A stretch of 64,000 nucleotides of DNA from Bacteroidota bacterium (GTDB lineage Bacteria > Bacteroidota > Bacteroidia > Chitinophagales > LD1), in contig CANJVG010000005.1 in assembly GCA_947478005.1 (NCBI GenBank), positions 1,597-65,596 on the forward strand, given 5' to 3'. Each line of letters begins with the position of its first letter. Positions within the stretch are counted from its first letter, which is position 1. Positions 1 to 9,356 of the stretch are shown piece after piece. Position numbers and translations under genes: made by a program. Under the pieces are notes generated by a model. The model searched no databases and had not been told where the DNA came from. It saw only the letters and a list, made by a program, of their open reading frames with translations.

Positions 1-956
1 ACGGCAGTCACAATTTTTGCTACCGAAGGGAGATATTGATCAACCAGGTTTGGCGCATAGTGCATCGAAGCATCCGCCCCACAAACTCTGCGAATGGGGG
101 CATCGAGATAATCAAAAGCATAGCGCTGTGCTTGAAAAGTTATTTCGGATGCTATGGAAGTAAACGGCCAACTTTCATCTACAATTACCAATCGGTTAGT
201 CTTCTTCACGGATTGAATAATCGTCGCAATATCGAGTGGACGAATCGTTCTTAAATCAATCACCTCGGCACTGATGTTTTCTTTCTCCAATTCCTCAGCC
301 GCCTGTAAAGCCAGTTTCATCATCTTGTTATAGGATACAATCGTAACGTCCTTCCCTTCGCGCTTGATATCACACTTACCAATCTCAATCACATATTCTT
401 CCTCGGGCACCTCACCCATATCCGAATACATCATTTCACTTTCCATAAACATCACCGGGTCATTATCGCGAATGGCAGACTTCAATAATCCTTTAGCATC
501 ATAAGGATTAGAAGGCGAAATAACTTTCAAGCCGGGAACGGAAGCCAGCATATTAGTAAGCATCTGTGAATGTTGTGCCCCTAACTGACCTGCAGTGCCA
601 TGTGGCCCTCTGAACACAATAGGGTTGCCAAATGCACCTGCGCTCATTGAAAGCATTTTCGCAGAACCATTAATGATTTGGTCGAAAGCAAGAATGGCAA
701 AGTTCCAGGTCATAAATTCGATGATAGGACGTGTTCCGTTCATAGCTGCTCCTACACCAATCCCGGCAAAACCAAGTTCAGAAATAGGAGTGTCAATTAC
801 GCGTTTCGCTCCAAACTCCTGAAGCATACCTTGACTTACCTTATAAGCGCCATCGTATTCCGCCACTTCTTCTCCCATCAAAAAAACAGAAGAGTCTCTC
901 CGCATCTCTTCACTCATCGCTTCGCGCAGGGCTTCTCTGAATCGTATTTTTCTCAT
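1..956 (-). CDS. pdhB: pyruvate/2-oxoacid dehydrogenase E1 component, beta subunit (C-terminal end runs off the window; absent from the ORF track)
   Basis: My own minus-strand translation from ATG (956-954) gives MRKIRFREALREAMSEEMRRDSSVFLMGEEVAEYDGAYKVSQGMLQEFGAKRVIDTPISELGFAGIGVGAAMNGTRPIIEFMTWNFA... The frame stays open to position 3 (...YAPNLVDQYLPSVAKIVTA). This is a typical E1-beta N-terminus. Confidence 0.85.
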   Translation of the reverse strand, partial: MRKIRFREALREAMSEEMRRDSSVFLMGEEVAEYDGAYKVSQGMLQEFGAKRVIDTPISELGFAGIGVGAAMNGTRPIIEFMTWNFAILAFDQIINGSAKMLSMSAGAFGNPIVFRGPHGTAGQLGAQHSQMLTNMLASVPGLKVISPSNPYDAKGLLKSAIRDNDPVMFMESEMMYSDMGEVPEEEYVIEIGKCDIKREGKDVTIVSYNKMMKLALQAAEELEKENISAEVIDLRTIRPLDIATIIQSVKKTNRLVIVDESWPFTSIASEITFQAQRYAFDYLDAPIRRVCGADASMHYAPNLVDQYLPSVAKIVTA

Positions 957-1050
957 AAATTATTATTTACCAAACGCTAATAAAGACAAACCTTCAAAAT
1001 CGTCCAATTGTTTCGCAGCAATATTTCAATTCTTATTCCTACTCTTGACG

Positions 1051-1758
1051 ATGGGAAATACGTCATTCCAATTTAAGCAATTTACAGTAGAGCAAAGCAA
1101 AGTTGCTATGAAGGTAAACACAGATGGCGTTTTATTGGGGGCTTGGGCAGATGTTGCCCAATCAACCACCATACTGGATATAGGCACAGGAACGGGGGTA
1201 ATAGCTCTGATGACGGCTCAAAAGAACTTATCCGCAACTATAGATGCAATTGATTTAGACGAGGATGCTTTTTTACAAACGAAAGAAAATTTTGAAAGAA
1301 GTAGCTGGCATCAACGGTTAAATGCGATTCAATGCTCAGTACAAAACTACAGTATCGAAAGAAGGTATGATGTGATAATTTCGAACCCTCCATATTTCAT
1401 TGACGACTTCAAAACTTCAAATGAACAAAAGAACATTGCCAAGCACTCCACTGCATTAACTTACGAGGAATTGATAAGTGGAATTAGTCGCCTGCTTTCG
1501 GTTCATGGGAAAGCATTTTTATCAATTCCCGTTTTTAATGTGGAGAGAATGCAAAGAATAGCAGCACAACAAAACCTGTTTTCAATAAAACTAACGGAGG
1601 TAATTGCGGTAGAAGGGAAACTTCCTTATTTAGCGTTAATGCAACTAACCCGACAACAGCAAGTGCTTTCGAAATCTACCATCACCATCAAGGATGGAAA
1701 AGGAGCTTTTACATCCGAGTATATAGAACTGACTAAGGACTTTTATCTCAAGTTCTAA
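1051..1758 (+). CDS. trmN6: tRNA1(Val) (adenine37-N6)-methyltransferase (TrmN6/YfiC family)
   Basis: FQFKQF...VNTDGVLLGAW opening, SAM-binding ILDIGTGTGVIAL and the NPPY(F) N6-adenine MTase motif. ATG at 1051 is preferred over the TTG at 1045 used by the track. Confidence 0.8.
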   Translation: MGNTSFQFKQFTVEQSKVAMKVNTDGVLLGAWADVAQSTTILDIGTGTGVIALMTAQKNLSATIDAIDLDEDAFLQTKENFERSSWHQRLNAIQCSVQNYSIERRYDVIISNPPYFIDDFKTSNEQKNIAKHSTALTYEELISGISRLLSVHGKAFLSIPVFNVERMQRIAAQQNLFSIKLTEVIAVEGKLPYLALMQLTRQQQVLSKSTITIKDGKGAFTSEYIELTKDFYLKF

Positions 1759-1769
1759 CTTGACTGTAA

Positions 1770-3680
1770 TTATTTCCTTGCTTTTGCTTTTTGTTCAGCT
1801 TGCTTTTGTAAATCAGCTAATTTCTTCGACCACCCGCTTGGCTGCTTCGGGTTTTTCTTATTGTCTTCAATTTGCTTACGCAATTTCTCTTCGTTAATGA
1901 AGAATTTTTGAATTACCCATTGATGGATGATACCGAGTAAGTTCTGCAAAAGGTAGTAGTAAGTTAAGGCGGCAGGAAAACTGTTGAACATAAACATTAA
2001 CATCACTGGCATAATGTAAGGCATATACTGCATTCCGGGTTGCTGATTGGCCATGGAGTTCATGGAGCTATTCATGACAGCCTGCAATACCGAAGTAATA
2101 GTCATTAGGATGGTAAACAAACTGATGTGATCGCCAATTAATGGGAGTGAAGTTTTAAACGTCCAAATTGAATCGTAGCTCGATAAATCACTTGCCCATA
2201 AGAAAGATTGTTGACGAAGTTCTACGGAAGCCGGAAAGAAGTAATACATCGCCATAAGGATTGGCATTTGAATCAATAGCGGTAAACAGCCTCCGAAAGG
2301 GCTGACTCCTGCTTTGCTGTAAAGCTTCATTTGTTCTTGTCCTATCTTACCTTGATCATCGCCATATTTTTCTTTTAATGCGGCCAATTCAGGAGCTAAT
2401 ATTTTCATTTTTGCAGCACTCTCTATAGATTTTGCGGTAAGAGGATGAAGCACTACTTTTAAAAGGAGAGTCATCAATAAAATAATGATGCCGTAGTTCA
2501 AGTGAACGCTATCAAACCAACTGAACACCCAGATAATAAAACGGGTGATGTACTTTATCCAGTTGAACATCCAGAAATCGGCACTTAGCTTAATGATACT
2601 TTGCACATCTTTATCCAACGCAGCAAGTGTGTTGTAGCTGTTTGGTCCTATATAAATTTGAAAAGCATAGTTGGACTGTGCACCGCTGGTGTAAGGTAGC
2701 GTGAAGTTGGTATTGTAACGTTTTACAAAGGCATTATTTGCTTTAGTAAAATGAGTTTTCAACTTGCCGCGATGAATCTCCCCTTTAGAGCTGAATAACG
2801 TAGTGTTAAAGAATTGTTGCTTGGAAGAAATCCATTCTAGCGGAGAATCAAAAACTAACTCATCATCCTCTTTGTCTTCATTTAAGTGAGCGACATCACT
2901 CTTATCATATTTGAAATATAGTGCGCTGTATCTACGTTCCAATTCAATATTATGCTCCACATTGGTTAGCGTATTCTCCCAAGTGGTATTAATGAAGGTA
3001 TTGTTGGTAGGAATTACTGTATTCAAACCAACCAGGTTTAAATCATAATTCATTAAATAGGAATTGCCTTTAATTGTATACCTCTGTTCTAAATATTTTC
3101 CTTCACCTGCATTTAATCGGAGCGAGAAAGATTTAGTGGCATCACCAGTTATGGTGAACCCTTCACCTACAGGCTCAAAGTATAAGTTCTTAGTGTCAAT
3201 GACCCTGTTGTTATCTATTGAAAACTGATAGCTGAGTGAATTTGTTTTGTCGGTGAATAGGATCAGTGGCTGCTTATCCCATGTTTTGTATTTCTTCAGT
3301 TCTACACTCTTGATTTGACCACCTTTAGTCGTCAGGGTAATTTTTTCCAAATCATTTTCAATAACAAACAACTTCTCTTCGCCATTCGCTGTAGCGGAGA
3401 AAGCTCCGAATTGTGATTGAAGTATTGCCGTATCTTCTGCTACAGGTGAGCTTAACGTGGAAGAATCCCCAATCGTGTTTTGTGTTGCTGTTTTGGTGTT
3501 ATCTGTTATTTCGGTTGCATCCTTTGTAAGTTGGGGCGTTTGGGTTTGTTCTGTCTTTTTTGCTTCGAGCTTTTTCTTCTGCTCCTCCGACATTTTCTTC
3601 TGCTGATAGAAAACAAAACCAAGCATCAATAACACAATCAAAATCCAACCAATAACTGTTTCTTTATTCTTATTAAACAT
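1770..3680 (-). CDS. yidC: membrane protein insertase YidC (long Bacteroidetes form)
   Basis: 636 aa with an N-terminal TM, a large periplasmic domain and a C-terminal 60 kDa-IMP core (GCLPLLIQMPILMAMYYFFP...). It ends in a basic tail. Confidence 0.9.
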   Translation of the reverse strand: MFNKNKETVIGWILIVLLMLGFVFYQQKKMSEEQKKKLEAKKTEQTQTPQLTKDATEITDNTKTATQNTIGDSSTLSSPVAEDTAILQSQFGAFSATANGEEKLFVIENDLEKITLTTKGGQIKSVELKKYKTWDKQPLILFTDKTNSLSYQFSIDNNRVIDTKNLYFEPVGEGFTITGDATKSFSLRLNAGEGKYLEQRYTIKGNSYLMNYDLNLVGLNTVIPTNNTFINTTWENTLTNVEHNIELERRYSALYFKYDKSDVAHLNEDKEDDELVFDSPLEWISSKQQFFNTTLFSSKGEIHRGKLKTHFTKANNAFVKRYNTNFTLPYTSGAQSNYAFQIYIGPNSYNTLAALDKDVQSIIKLSADFWMFNWIKYITRFIIWVFSWFDSVHLNYGIIILLMTLLLKVVLHPLTAKSIESAAKMKILAPELAALKEKYGDDQGKIGQEQMKLYSKAGVSPFGGCLPLLIQMPILMAMYYFFPASVELRQQSFLWASDLSSYDSIWTFKTSLPLIGDHISLFTILMTITSVLQAVMNSSMNSMANQQPGMQYMPYIMPVMLMFMFNSFPAALTYYYLLQNLLGIIHQWVIQKFFINEEKLRKQIEDNKKNPKQPSGWSKKLADLQKQAEQKAKARK

Positions 3681-3875
3681 ACTGCTTTTTAAAATGAGGG
3701 CGCAAACGTAAGAAAATTAGCGTTTGATGCTATTTGCTCACTTAGGTCGTTCTTCAGCAGTATTTATTTTACAAAACACGCCAATATTTTCTCCGTCAAT
3801 TCGACTTGGTTATAGTTGAAAACAATTACCCCCTCTCAGTTACTCTAATACATTTGCAACGCAATTTGAAAATCT

Positions 3876-5762
3876 ATGTCTGAATCTGCCGAACCTGAAA
3901 AGAAGAAGAAGAAAATAAGCCGTAAAGAACTTGTTGAAGCGCTAAGAATTTACCGATTCATTCTCCCCTATAAATGGCAATTCATTATCGGGATGATTTG
4001 TCTGGTGGTTTCAACGGGTGTTGTAAGTTTTATCCCCGGTGGCTTTGGAAAGTTGATTGATGCTGCCTCTCCTGCAAAGGAGGTCATCACCAAAATAGCG
4101 GCCGCAGTAAAGTCAACTGCTTCGGCTGAAGAGAAAGTAGCACAAATAACCACCCTGGTTGGAAGCTACACCTCAGAAATCTCTCCTGAAAAACTCAAGG
4201 AGATAGGATTGATACTTGGTATTGTTCTTTTGATTCAGGCCGTGCTTTCTTTCTTTCGGATTTACCTGTTTGAATATGTTAGTCAGAATGCCATGTCCGC
4301 TATTCGAAGGGCGCTGTATGAAAAGATCATAACCCTGCCTATACAATTCTTCGAAGAGAACAGAGTCGGTAATCTTACTTCCAGAATCTCTTCCGATGTT
4401 TCTCAGTTGCAGGATGCGCTGACTAACCAACTTGCTTTTTTTGTAAGGCAATTGGTCCTTCCAATTGTTTGTATCCCTTTCATACTGGCTGTTTCGGTAA
4501 AGCTGACGATGATAATTCTTGCTTTACTTCCGGTCTTGGTTGTGGCAGCTGTTATCTTTGGTCGTTTCATTCGTAAGATATCGCGCAAGGCACAGGATGA
4601 ATTGGCGGAGAGCAATACGATTGTAGAAGAAACTTTCACTGCTATTGATGTGGTGAAAGCCTTTACTAACGAAGCTTACGAAACAAGAAGATACTCTAAG
4701 ATAAGTCAGAGTGTAGCTACCATTGGTATGTATGCAGCTAAGTATCGGGCGGGCTTTGTGTCGTTCATCATCTTCGCGATGTTCGGAGCAATTGTCTTCA
4801 TTGTTTATGCCGGATTGAATGAAGTAGCTCAGGGTAAGATAAGCATGGGTGATTTGATTCAGTTTTTTCTGCTAACTCTTTTCATCGGAAGTTCTTTGGC
4901 GGGGTTGAGTGAAAGCTATACAGTGTTACAAAAAACTGTAGGTGCTTCCGAGCGTATTAATGAGATTTTAGGAGAAGAGAGCGAAACCCGAACGATGGAT
5001 GAAGACCGTTCTTCTCCCGTAAAAGGGGAGGTGGAGTTTAAAAACGTTCACTTTGCATATCCATCAAGAAAGGATACGCTCTTATTTAATGACCTCTCCT
5101 TTAAAGTTAATGCAGGACAGAAGATTGCTTTGGTTGGCCCGAGCGGTTCAGGTAAATCAACTATTGTAAAACTACTAAGCGGTCTTTATCCCTTCTCGGA
5201 AGGCGATATTCTGATTGATGGTAAGGGTATTCGTGATTACAACGTTACCGCCTTGCGCAAAAACTATGGCACCGTTCCTCAGGATACGATTTTGTTTGGC
5301 GGGACCATTCGCGAAAACATTGCCTATGGTAAAACAAATGCTACGGAAGAAGAAATCATCAACGCAGCTAAGAAGGCAAACGCCTATAGTTTCATTGAGT
5401 CATTCCCTGAAAAGTTAGACACGATTGTAGGCGAACGTGGTGTGAAAATTTCAGGCGGACAAAAGCAACGAATTGCTATTGCACGCGCTATTCTTCGCGA
5501 CCCCAAAATTTTGATATTGGATGAAGCTACTTCGGCTCTGGATTCGGAAAGCGAGAAATTAGTGAAACAGGCTTTGGATGAATTGATGAAGAACCGCACA
5601 ACATTTATTATTGCCCACCGTTTATCTACCATTCGCGAAGCGGATGTAATACTGGTAATTAATAAAGGAAAGATAGTGGAGCAGGGAACGCACGATGATT
5701 TGTCAAAAATGGAGAAAGGTATTTACAGCAACTTGCTGAAACTGCAATACGACTTAGAGTAA
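3876..5762 (+). CDS. ABC transporter, fused permease/ATP-binding protein (MsbA/multidrug-exporter type)
   Basis: Six-TM N-terminal half, Walker A GPSGSGKST, signature ISGGQKQRIAIARA and Walker B ILILDEATSALD, followed by an H-loop. Confidence 0.9.
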   Translation: MSESAEPEKKKKKISRKELVEALRIYRFILPYKWQFIIGMICLVVSTGVVSFIPGGFGKLIDAASPAKEVITKIAAAVKSTASAEEKVAQITTLVGSYTSEISPEKLKEIGLILGIVLLIQAVLSFFRIYLFEYVSQNAMSAIRRALYEKIITLPIQFFEENRVGNLTSRISSDVSQLQDALTNQLAFFVRQLVLPIVCIPFILAVSVKLTMIILALLPVLVVAAVIFGRFIRKISRKAQDELAESNTIVEETFTAIDVVKAFTNEAYETRRYSKISQSVATIGMYAAKYRAGFVSFIIFAMFGAIVFIVYAGLNEVAQGKISMGDLIQFFLLTLFIGSSLAGLSESYTVLQKTVGASERINEILGEESETRTMDEDRSSPVKGEVEFKNVHFAYPSRKDTLLFNDLSFKVNAGQKIALVGPSGSGKSTIVKLLSGLYPFSEGDILIDGKGIRDYNVTALRKNYGTVPQDTILFGGTIRENIAYGKTNATEEEIINAAKKANAYSFIESFPEKLDTIVGERGVKISGGQKQRIAIARAILRDPKILILDEATSALDSESEKLVKQALDELMKNRTTFIIAHRLSTIREADVILVINKGKIVEQGTHDDLSKMEKGIYSNLLKLQYDLE

Positions 5763-6767
5763 ATGAAGATTTCGGCATCTATCTATTCGAGCAAAGAGAA
5801 AACACCGGAGCAATTGGTGCGCGATTTAGACGCGCACAAAATTGATATGCTGCATGTTGATTGTGTCGATAATGAAAAAGTGTTCAACGATATTGCTGCT
5901 ATCCGTCAAATATCTTCTACACCTATTGACCTCCACATTATCTCTGCCGAGCCGCAGAAATACTTACAGCAAATACAAGACTTAAAGATTGAGTATGTCA
6001 GTTTTCAGTATGAGAATCTGAAACAGATTCCTGTTCTTGCTGCAAGCAGCACTACTAAATATGGTCTGTCCATTATCTCTTCTACGTCCATCGATGTTTT
6101 CGAACAGGTTAAAGACAGTTTTGACTTCGTCATGATTATGACCACGGTTCCGGGTCAAAGCGGTGGCGCATTTAACCGCGAAAGTTTTCAAAAGATTGTT
6201 GAGGTCAAGAACCGCTATCCAAAAACCCGGGTTCATGTAGATGGTGGAGTGAATGATGAGATAGCCTATATTCTTCGTTTGTTGGGTGTTCATGTTTTTG
6301 TTACAGGCAGTTATCTGATGAATCATGAATCACTTAGTGCAGGTATTTTGAGTTTTCATAAAACTCCTACCGAACATCGTAGCTTCCAGGTAGCTGAATT
6401 TGCCACACCGGTTAAATATCTTCCTGTGCTTAAACGCGATGGCCTTGATTTCAAAGCCATTCTTAAAACCATCGAGCAATACGGATTGGGTTTTGTTTTG
6501 ATTACCGATGATGCCGGAAAGTTGGCCGGAGTAGTCAGCAATGCCGATGTGCGCAAAGGTTTACTCAAGAACCTTAATGACCTAGACGCTACATCTGCCG
6601 ATACAGTTATCAATAATAAACCAATCAGTATTGCCGATAGCTCAACGGTTTCAGATATCGTGCATCTGGTGAATGAGCTAAACTTTATTGTTCTATTTTT
6701 GCCGATAGTTGACCAGGAGAATATTTTGAAAGGAGCTGTATTGCTCAATAATTTAACCCGTGTATAA
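5763..6767 (+). CDS. divergent ribulose-phosphate 3-epimerase-like TIM barrel fused to a C-terminal CBS-domain pair
   Basis: Rpe-like motifs are present in degenerate form: MLHVDCVD, DLHIIS, MTTVPGQSGGAF, VHVDGGVN and VTGSYLM. The C-terminal half carries a CBS-type signature (GFVLITDDAGKLAGVVSNADVRKGL...LPIVDQENILKGAV). The ATG directly abuts the upstream stop (TAAATG). Confidence 0.6.
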   Translation: MKISASIYSSKEKTPEQLVRDLDAHKIDMLHVDCVDNEKVFNDIAAIRQISSTPIDLHIISAEPQKYLQQIQDLKIEYVSFQYENLKQIPVLAASSTTKYGLSIISSTSIDVFEQVKDSFDFVMIMTTVPGQSGGAFNRESFQKIVEVKNRYPKTRVHVDGGVNDEIAYILRLLGVHVFVTGSYLMNHESLSAGILSFHKTPTEHRSFQVAEFATPVKYLPVLKRDGLDFKAILKTIEQYGLGFVLITDDAGKLAGVVSNADVRKGLLKNLNDLDATSADTVINNKPISIADSSTVSDIVHLVNELNFIVLFLPIVDQENILKGAVLLNNLTRV

Positions 6768-7763
6768 ATGATAGTCCACTTAAATAAAAGTATTTCGAAG
6801 GAACAGGCGCAGCAGTTGGCTGAAAAGTATCAAAGCATCCTGTTTGAAAATGGCCGACAGGTTTTGGTTACTCCATCAAAACTAAAGGCAGCCGATGATG
6901 AATTGAAAAGCGCATCAGATGAGATTTTCGTAGCTGACTCGGATATTCAATTAGCCAGCAAGCAGTACATCGCCACTAAGCGCGAAATTGCCATTGGTGA
7001 TGTTACGATTGGCGGCAACACCAACAACACTCTTGTTATCACGGGCCCTTGTTCGGTGGAGAGCGAAGAACAGATAGAATCTGCCGCACAGCTTTGTGTA
7101 GAGCTCGGAGTGAAAGTGCTTCGGGCCGGTGCTTACAAACCGCGTACTTCGCCTTATACTTTTCAGGGTATGGGCCTGGACGGTTTGAAATTGCTTGACA
7201 AGATGCGCAGCAAATACGGATTGAAGATAATTACCGAAGTGCGCGACAGCACCCATGTAGATGAGATAATTGAGTATGCCGATATTATTCAGATAGGAGC
7301 CAAGAGCATGTATGACCACGGCATTTTGCGCAAGTGCGGCAAAACCCGCAAACCCGTGTTGTTGAAGCGTGGTTTCGGAACCACCCTGCAGGAGTTTGTG
7401 CAGAGCGCAGAGTTTATTTTGAGCGGTGGCAATGCCAATGTGATGCTTTGCGAAAGAGGCATCCGCACCTTCGAAACCAAGACCCGCTTCACGCTCGACC
7501 TTTGCGGAGTAGCCTGGTTAAAGCAGAACACGAATCTTCCCGTTATTCTCGACCCGAGCCATGCGATAGGTTATGCTTATGGGGTGCCTGATTTGGCACG
7601 CGCTTGTGTGGCCATGGGCATTGACGGCTTATTGATTGAAAGCCATCCAAACCCGAAAGTGGCGAAGAGCGATGCCGACCAGCAACTGAATTTCGAAGAG
7701 TTCAGAAAGCTCTATGCAAGTTTACAAACTGTTGCTACTGCGGTAGGTTATAAAGTAGTTTAA
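6768..7763 (+). CDS. 3-deoxy-7-phosphoheptulonate (DAHP) synthase, type I-beta, with an N-terminal ferredoxin-like regulatory extension
   Basis: The core LVITGPCSVESEEQ...LRAGAYKPRTSPYTFQGMG...LKRG...ILDPSH matches the Thermotoga/Bacillus-type DAHPS/KDO8PS family. The ~70 aa N-terminal domain resembles the T. maritima-type regulatory domain. Confidence 0.85.
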   Translation: MIVHLNKSISKEQAQQLAEKYQSILFENGRQVLVTPSKLKAADDELKSASDEIFVADSDIQLASKQYIATKREIAIGDVTIGGNTNNTLVITGPCSVESEEQIESAAQLCVELGVKVLRAGAYKPRTSPYTFQGMGLDGLKLLDKMRSKYGLKIITEVRDSTHVDEIIEYADIIQIGAKSMYDHGILRKCGKTRKPVLLKRGFGTTLQEFVQSAEFILSGGNANVMLCERGIRTFETKTRFTLDLCGVAWLKQNTNLPVILDPSHAIGYAYGVPDLARACVAMGIDGLLIESHPNPKVAKSDADQQLNFEEFRKLYASLQTVATAVGYKVV

Positions 7764-7766
7764 CCA

Positions 7767-8930
7767 ATGGAGAAATACGAACAACGTGGAGTATCGGCCG
7801 GCAAAGAAGAAGTTCATGCGGCTGTAAAGGATTTATACCACGGGCTTTATCCCAAGGCCTTCTGCAAAGTTTATCCCGATTATATGGGAGGCGATGAAAT
7901 CTTCTGCAATGTCATGAGCAGCGATGGCAGCGGCACCAAATCTATTCTTGCCTATTTGTATTGGAAAGAAACCGGTGACATATCGGTTTGGCGCGGCATA
8001 GCGCAGGATGCCATGGTCATGAATCTCGACGACCTGCTTTGCATTGGCGCCACCGACAATTTTCTTTACACCAGCATCATCAACCGCAACAAACATTTGA
8101 TTACCGGTGAGGTCATTGCCGAAATCATTAAAGGCGGCAAAGAGTTCATGGACCGCATGAAAGATTTTGGCGTGAACATTCACCTGATGGGAGGGGAGAC
8201 AGCCGACCTTGGCGACTGTGTGCGCACGACCACGGTGGACGCTACGATGACCGTGCGCATGAAGAAAGAGAACCTTGTGCTCACTCAAAACATTAAACCC
8301 GGCAACGTGATTATTGGTTTGGCGAGTTATGGCAAGGCCACTTACGAAGACGATTACAACAGCGGCATCAGCAGCAATGGGCTCACCTCTGCGCGCCACG
8401 ATTTGCTGGCCAAGCTCTATGCCGAAAAATATCCCGAAACCTTCGATGCTTCTATCAATGCCTCGCTGGTCTATGCCGGAACAAAGAAACTGACCGATGC
8501 CCTCGAAGGCACCTCGCTGAATATCGGCAAGGCGGTTCTTTCGCCTACCCGCACTTTCACGCCCGTTATCAAAAAGGTGCTCGAAGAAATACCCGGACAG
8601 GTAAAGGGCATGGTCAACTGCACGGGTGGCGCACACACCAAGGTGCTGCACTACATCGACCAACTGCGCATAGTCAAGAATAATCTGCTGCCGGTGCCGC
8701 CTTTGTTCAAACTGATTCAGCAGGAATCGAAAACCGACTGGAAAGAAATGTATAAAGTGCTCAACTGCGGCACCCGCCTCGAAATATACGTGGACGAAAA
8801 ATACAGCTCACTGATTATAGACGTAGCCAAATCCTTCGGCATTGCCGCGCAGGTAATCGGCCATGTAGAAGCATCCGACAAAAACGAAGTGCTGCTAACG
8901 AGCGAGCACGGAGAGTTTAGGTATTCGTAA
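7767..8930 (+). CDS. purM: AIR synthase family protein (Bacteroidetes-type phosphoribosylformylglycinamidine cyclo-ligase)
   Basis: YEQRGVSAGKEEVHAAV...FCKVYPDYMGGDE...DGSGTKSILAYLYWKETGDISVWRGIAQDAMVMNLDDLLC matches the ~390 aa PurM form recalled from Bacteroides. Confidence 0.7.
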   Translation: MEKYEQRGVSAGKEEVHAAVKDLYHGLYPKAFCKVYPDYMGGDEIFCNVMSSDGSGTKSILAYLYWKETGDISVWRGIAQDAMVMNLDDLLCIGATDNFLYTSIINRNKHLITGEVIAEIIKGGKEFMDRMKDFGVNIHLMGGETADLGDCVRTTTVDATMTVRMKKENLVLTQNIKPGNVIIGLASYGKATYEDDYNSGISSNGLTSARHDLLAKLYAEKYPETFDASINASLVYAGTKKLTDALEGTSLNIGKAVLSPTRTFTPVIKKVLEEIPGQVKGMVNCTGGAHTKVLHYIDQLRIVKNNLLPVPPLFKLIQQESKTDWKEMYKVLNCGTRLEIYVDEKYSSLIIDVAKSFGIAAQVIGHVEASDKNEVLLTSEHGEFRYS

Positions 8931-8957
8931 CTTTTGCTGAAAAAAATTTATGGGGTT

Positions 8958-9200
8958 CCGCGAGACGCGGGCGCGCTATCCGTTCCGCTCTTTTTTTGCG
9001 GTATTCTGTCCTCCGCTGGCGGAGGTGGCTCGCTGCTCCGAGCGAGACGGAGGTGGATGTATTTCCTCTTCACTCACCGCAAAAAAAGGAGCTCCACTAC
9101 TATCGCTAATCCAACAGCCGCCCTTCACTCAATGCTTTGTCGTTCTGAACGAAGGTACCCGAAGCGAAGAAATGGAGCAAAGCGGAATTCACGAATTCCG
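8958..9200. repeat. GC-rich nested-hairpin element (REP/MITE-like, or a structured RNA)
   Basis: Small hairpins at 8958-8970, 9010-9025 and 9029-9046. The latter two are enclosed by an outer stem (8987-9002 / 9076-9092, T7/A7 plus flanks). There is also a palindrome CGGAATTCACGAATTCCG at 9183-9200. Confidence 0.5.
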
Positions 9201-9356
9201 TTTTAATAAGAAATTGAATCATGAGTAATCTTGTATTTGTCTTTGCTCCAGCGGAGCAACACGTGTATAGAAAACAATTCAACCAATACAAAACCCTGAC
9301 CCTAGCGGGAGTTCAGCGTCTCTGTTTTAATATGCGGAAATGTATATTTTCGACTT

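Noticed and set aside
595-980. + strand ORFs of 75 and 100 aa at the window start
   Set aside because: They are antisense to the clearly recognisable PDH E1-beta gene on the minus strand.
7833-8663. 276-aa antisense ORF inside the purM-like gene
   Set aside because: The sense frame has clear AIR-synthase-family motifs. The antisense ORF is a by-product of GC-rich codon usage (Ala/Gly/Arg-rich, no motifs).
8934-9228. Two overlapping + ORFs (90 and 92 aa) after purM
   Set aside because: They lie entirely within the nested-hairpin GC-rich element. The peptides are Arg/Ser-rich, as is typical when structured DNA is translated.
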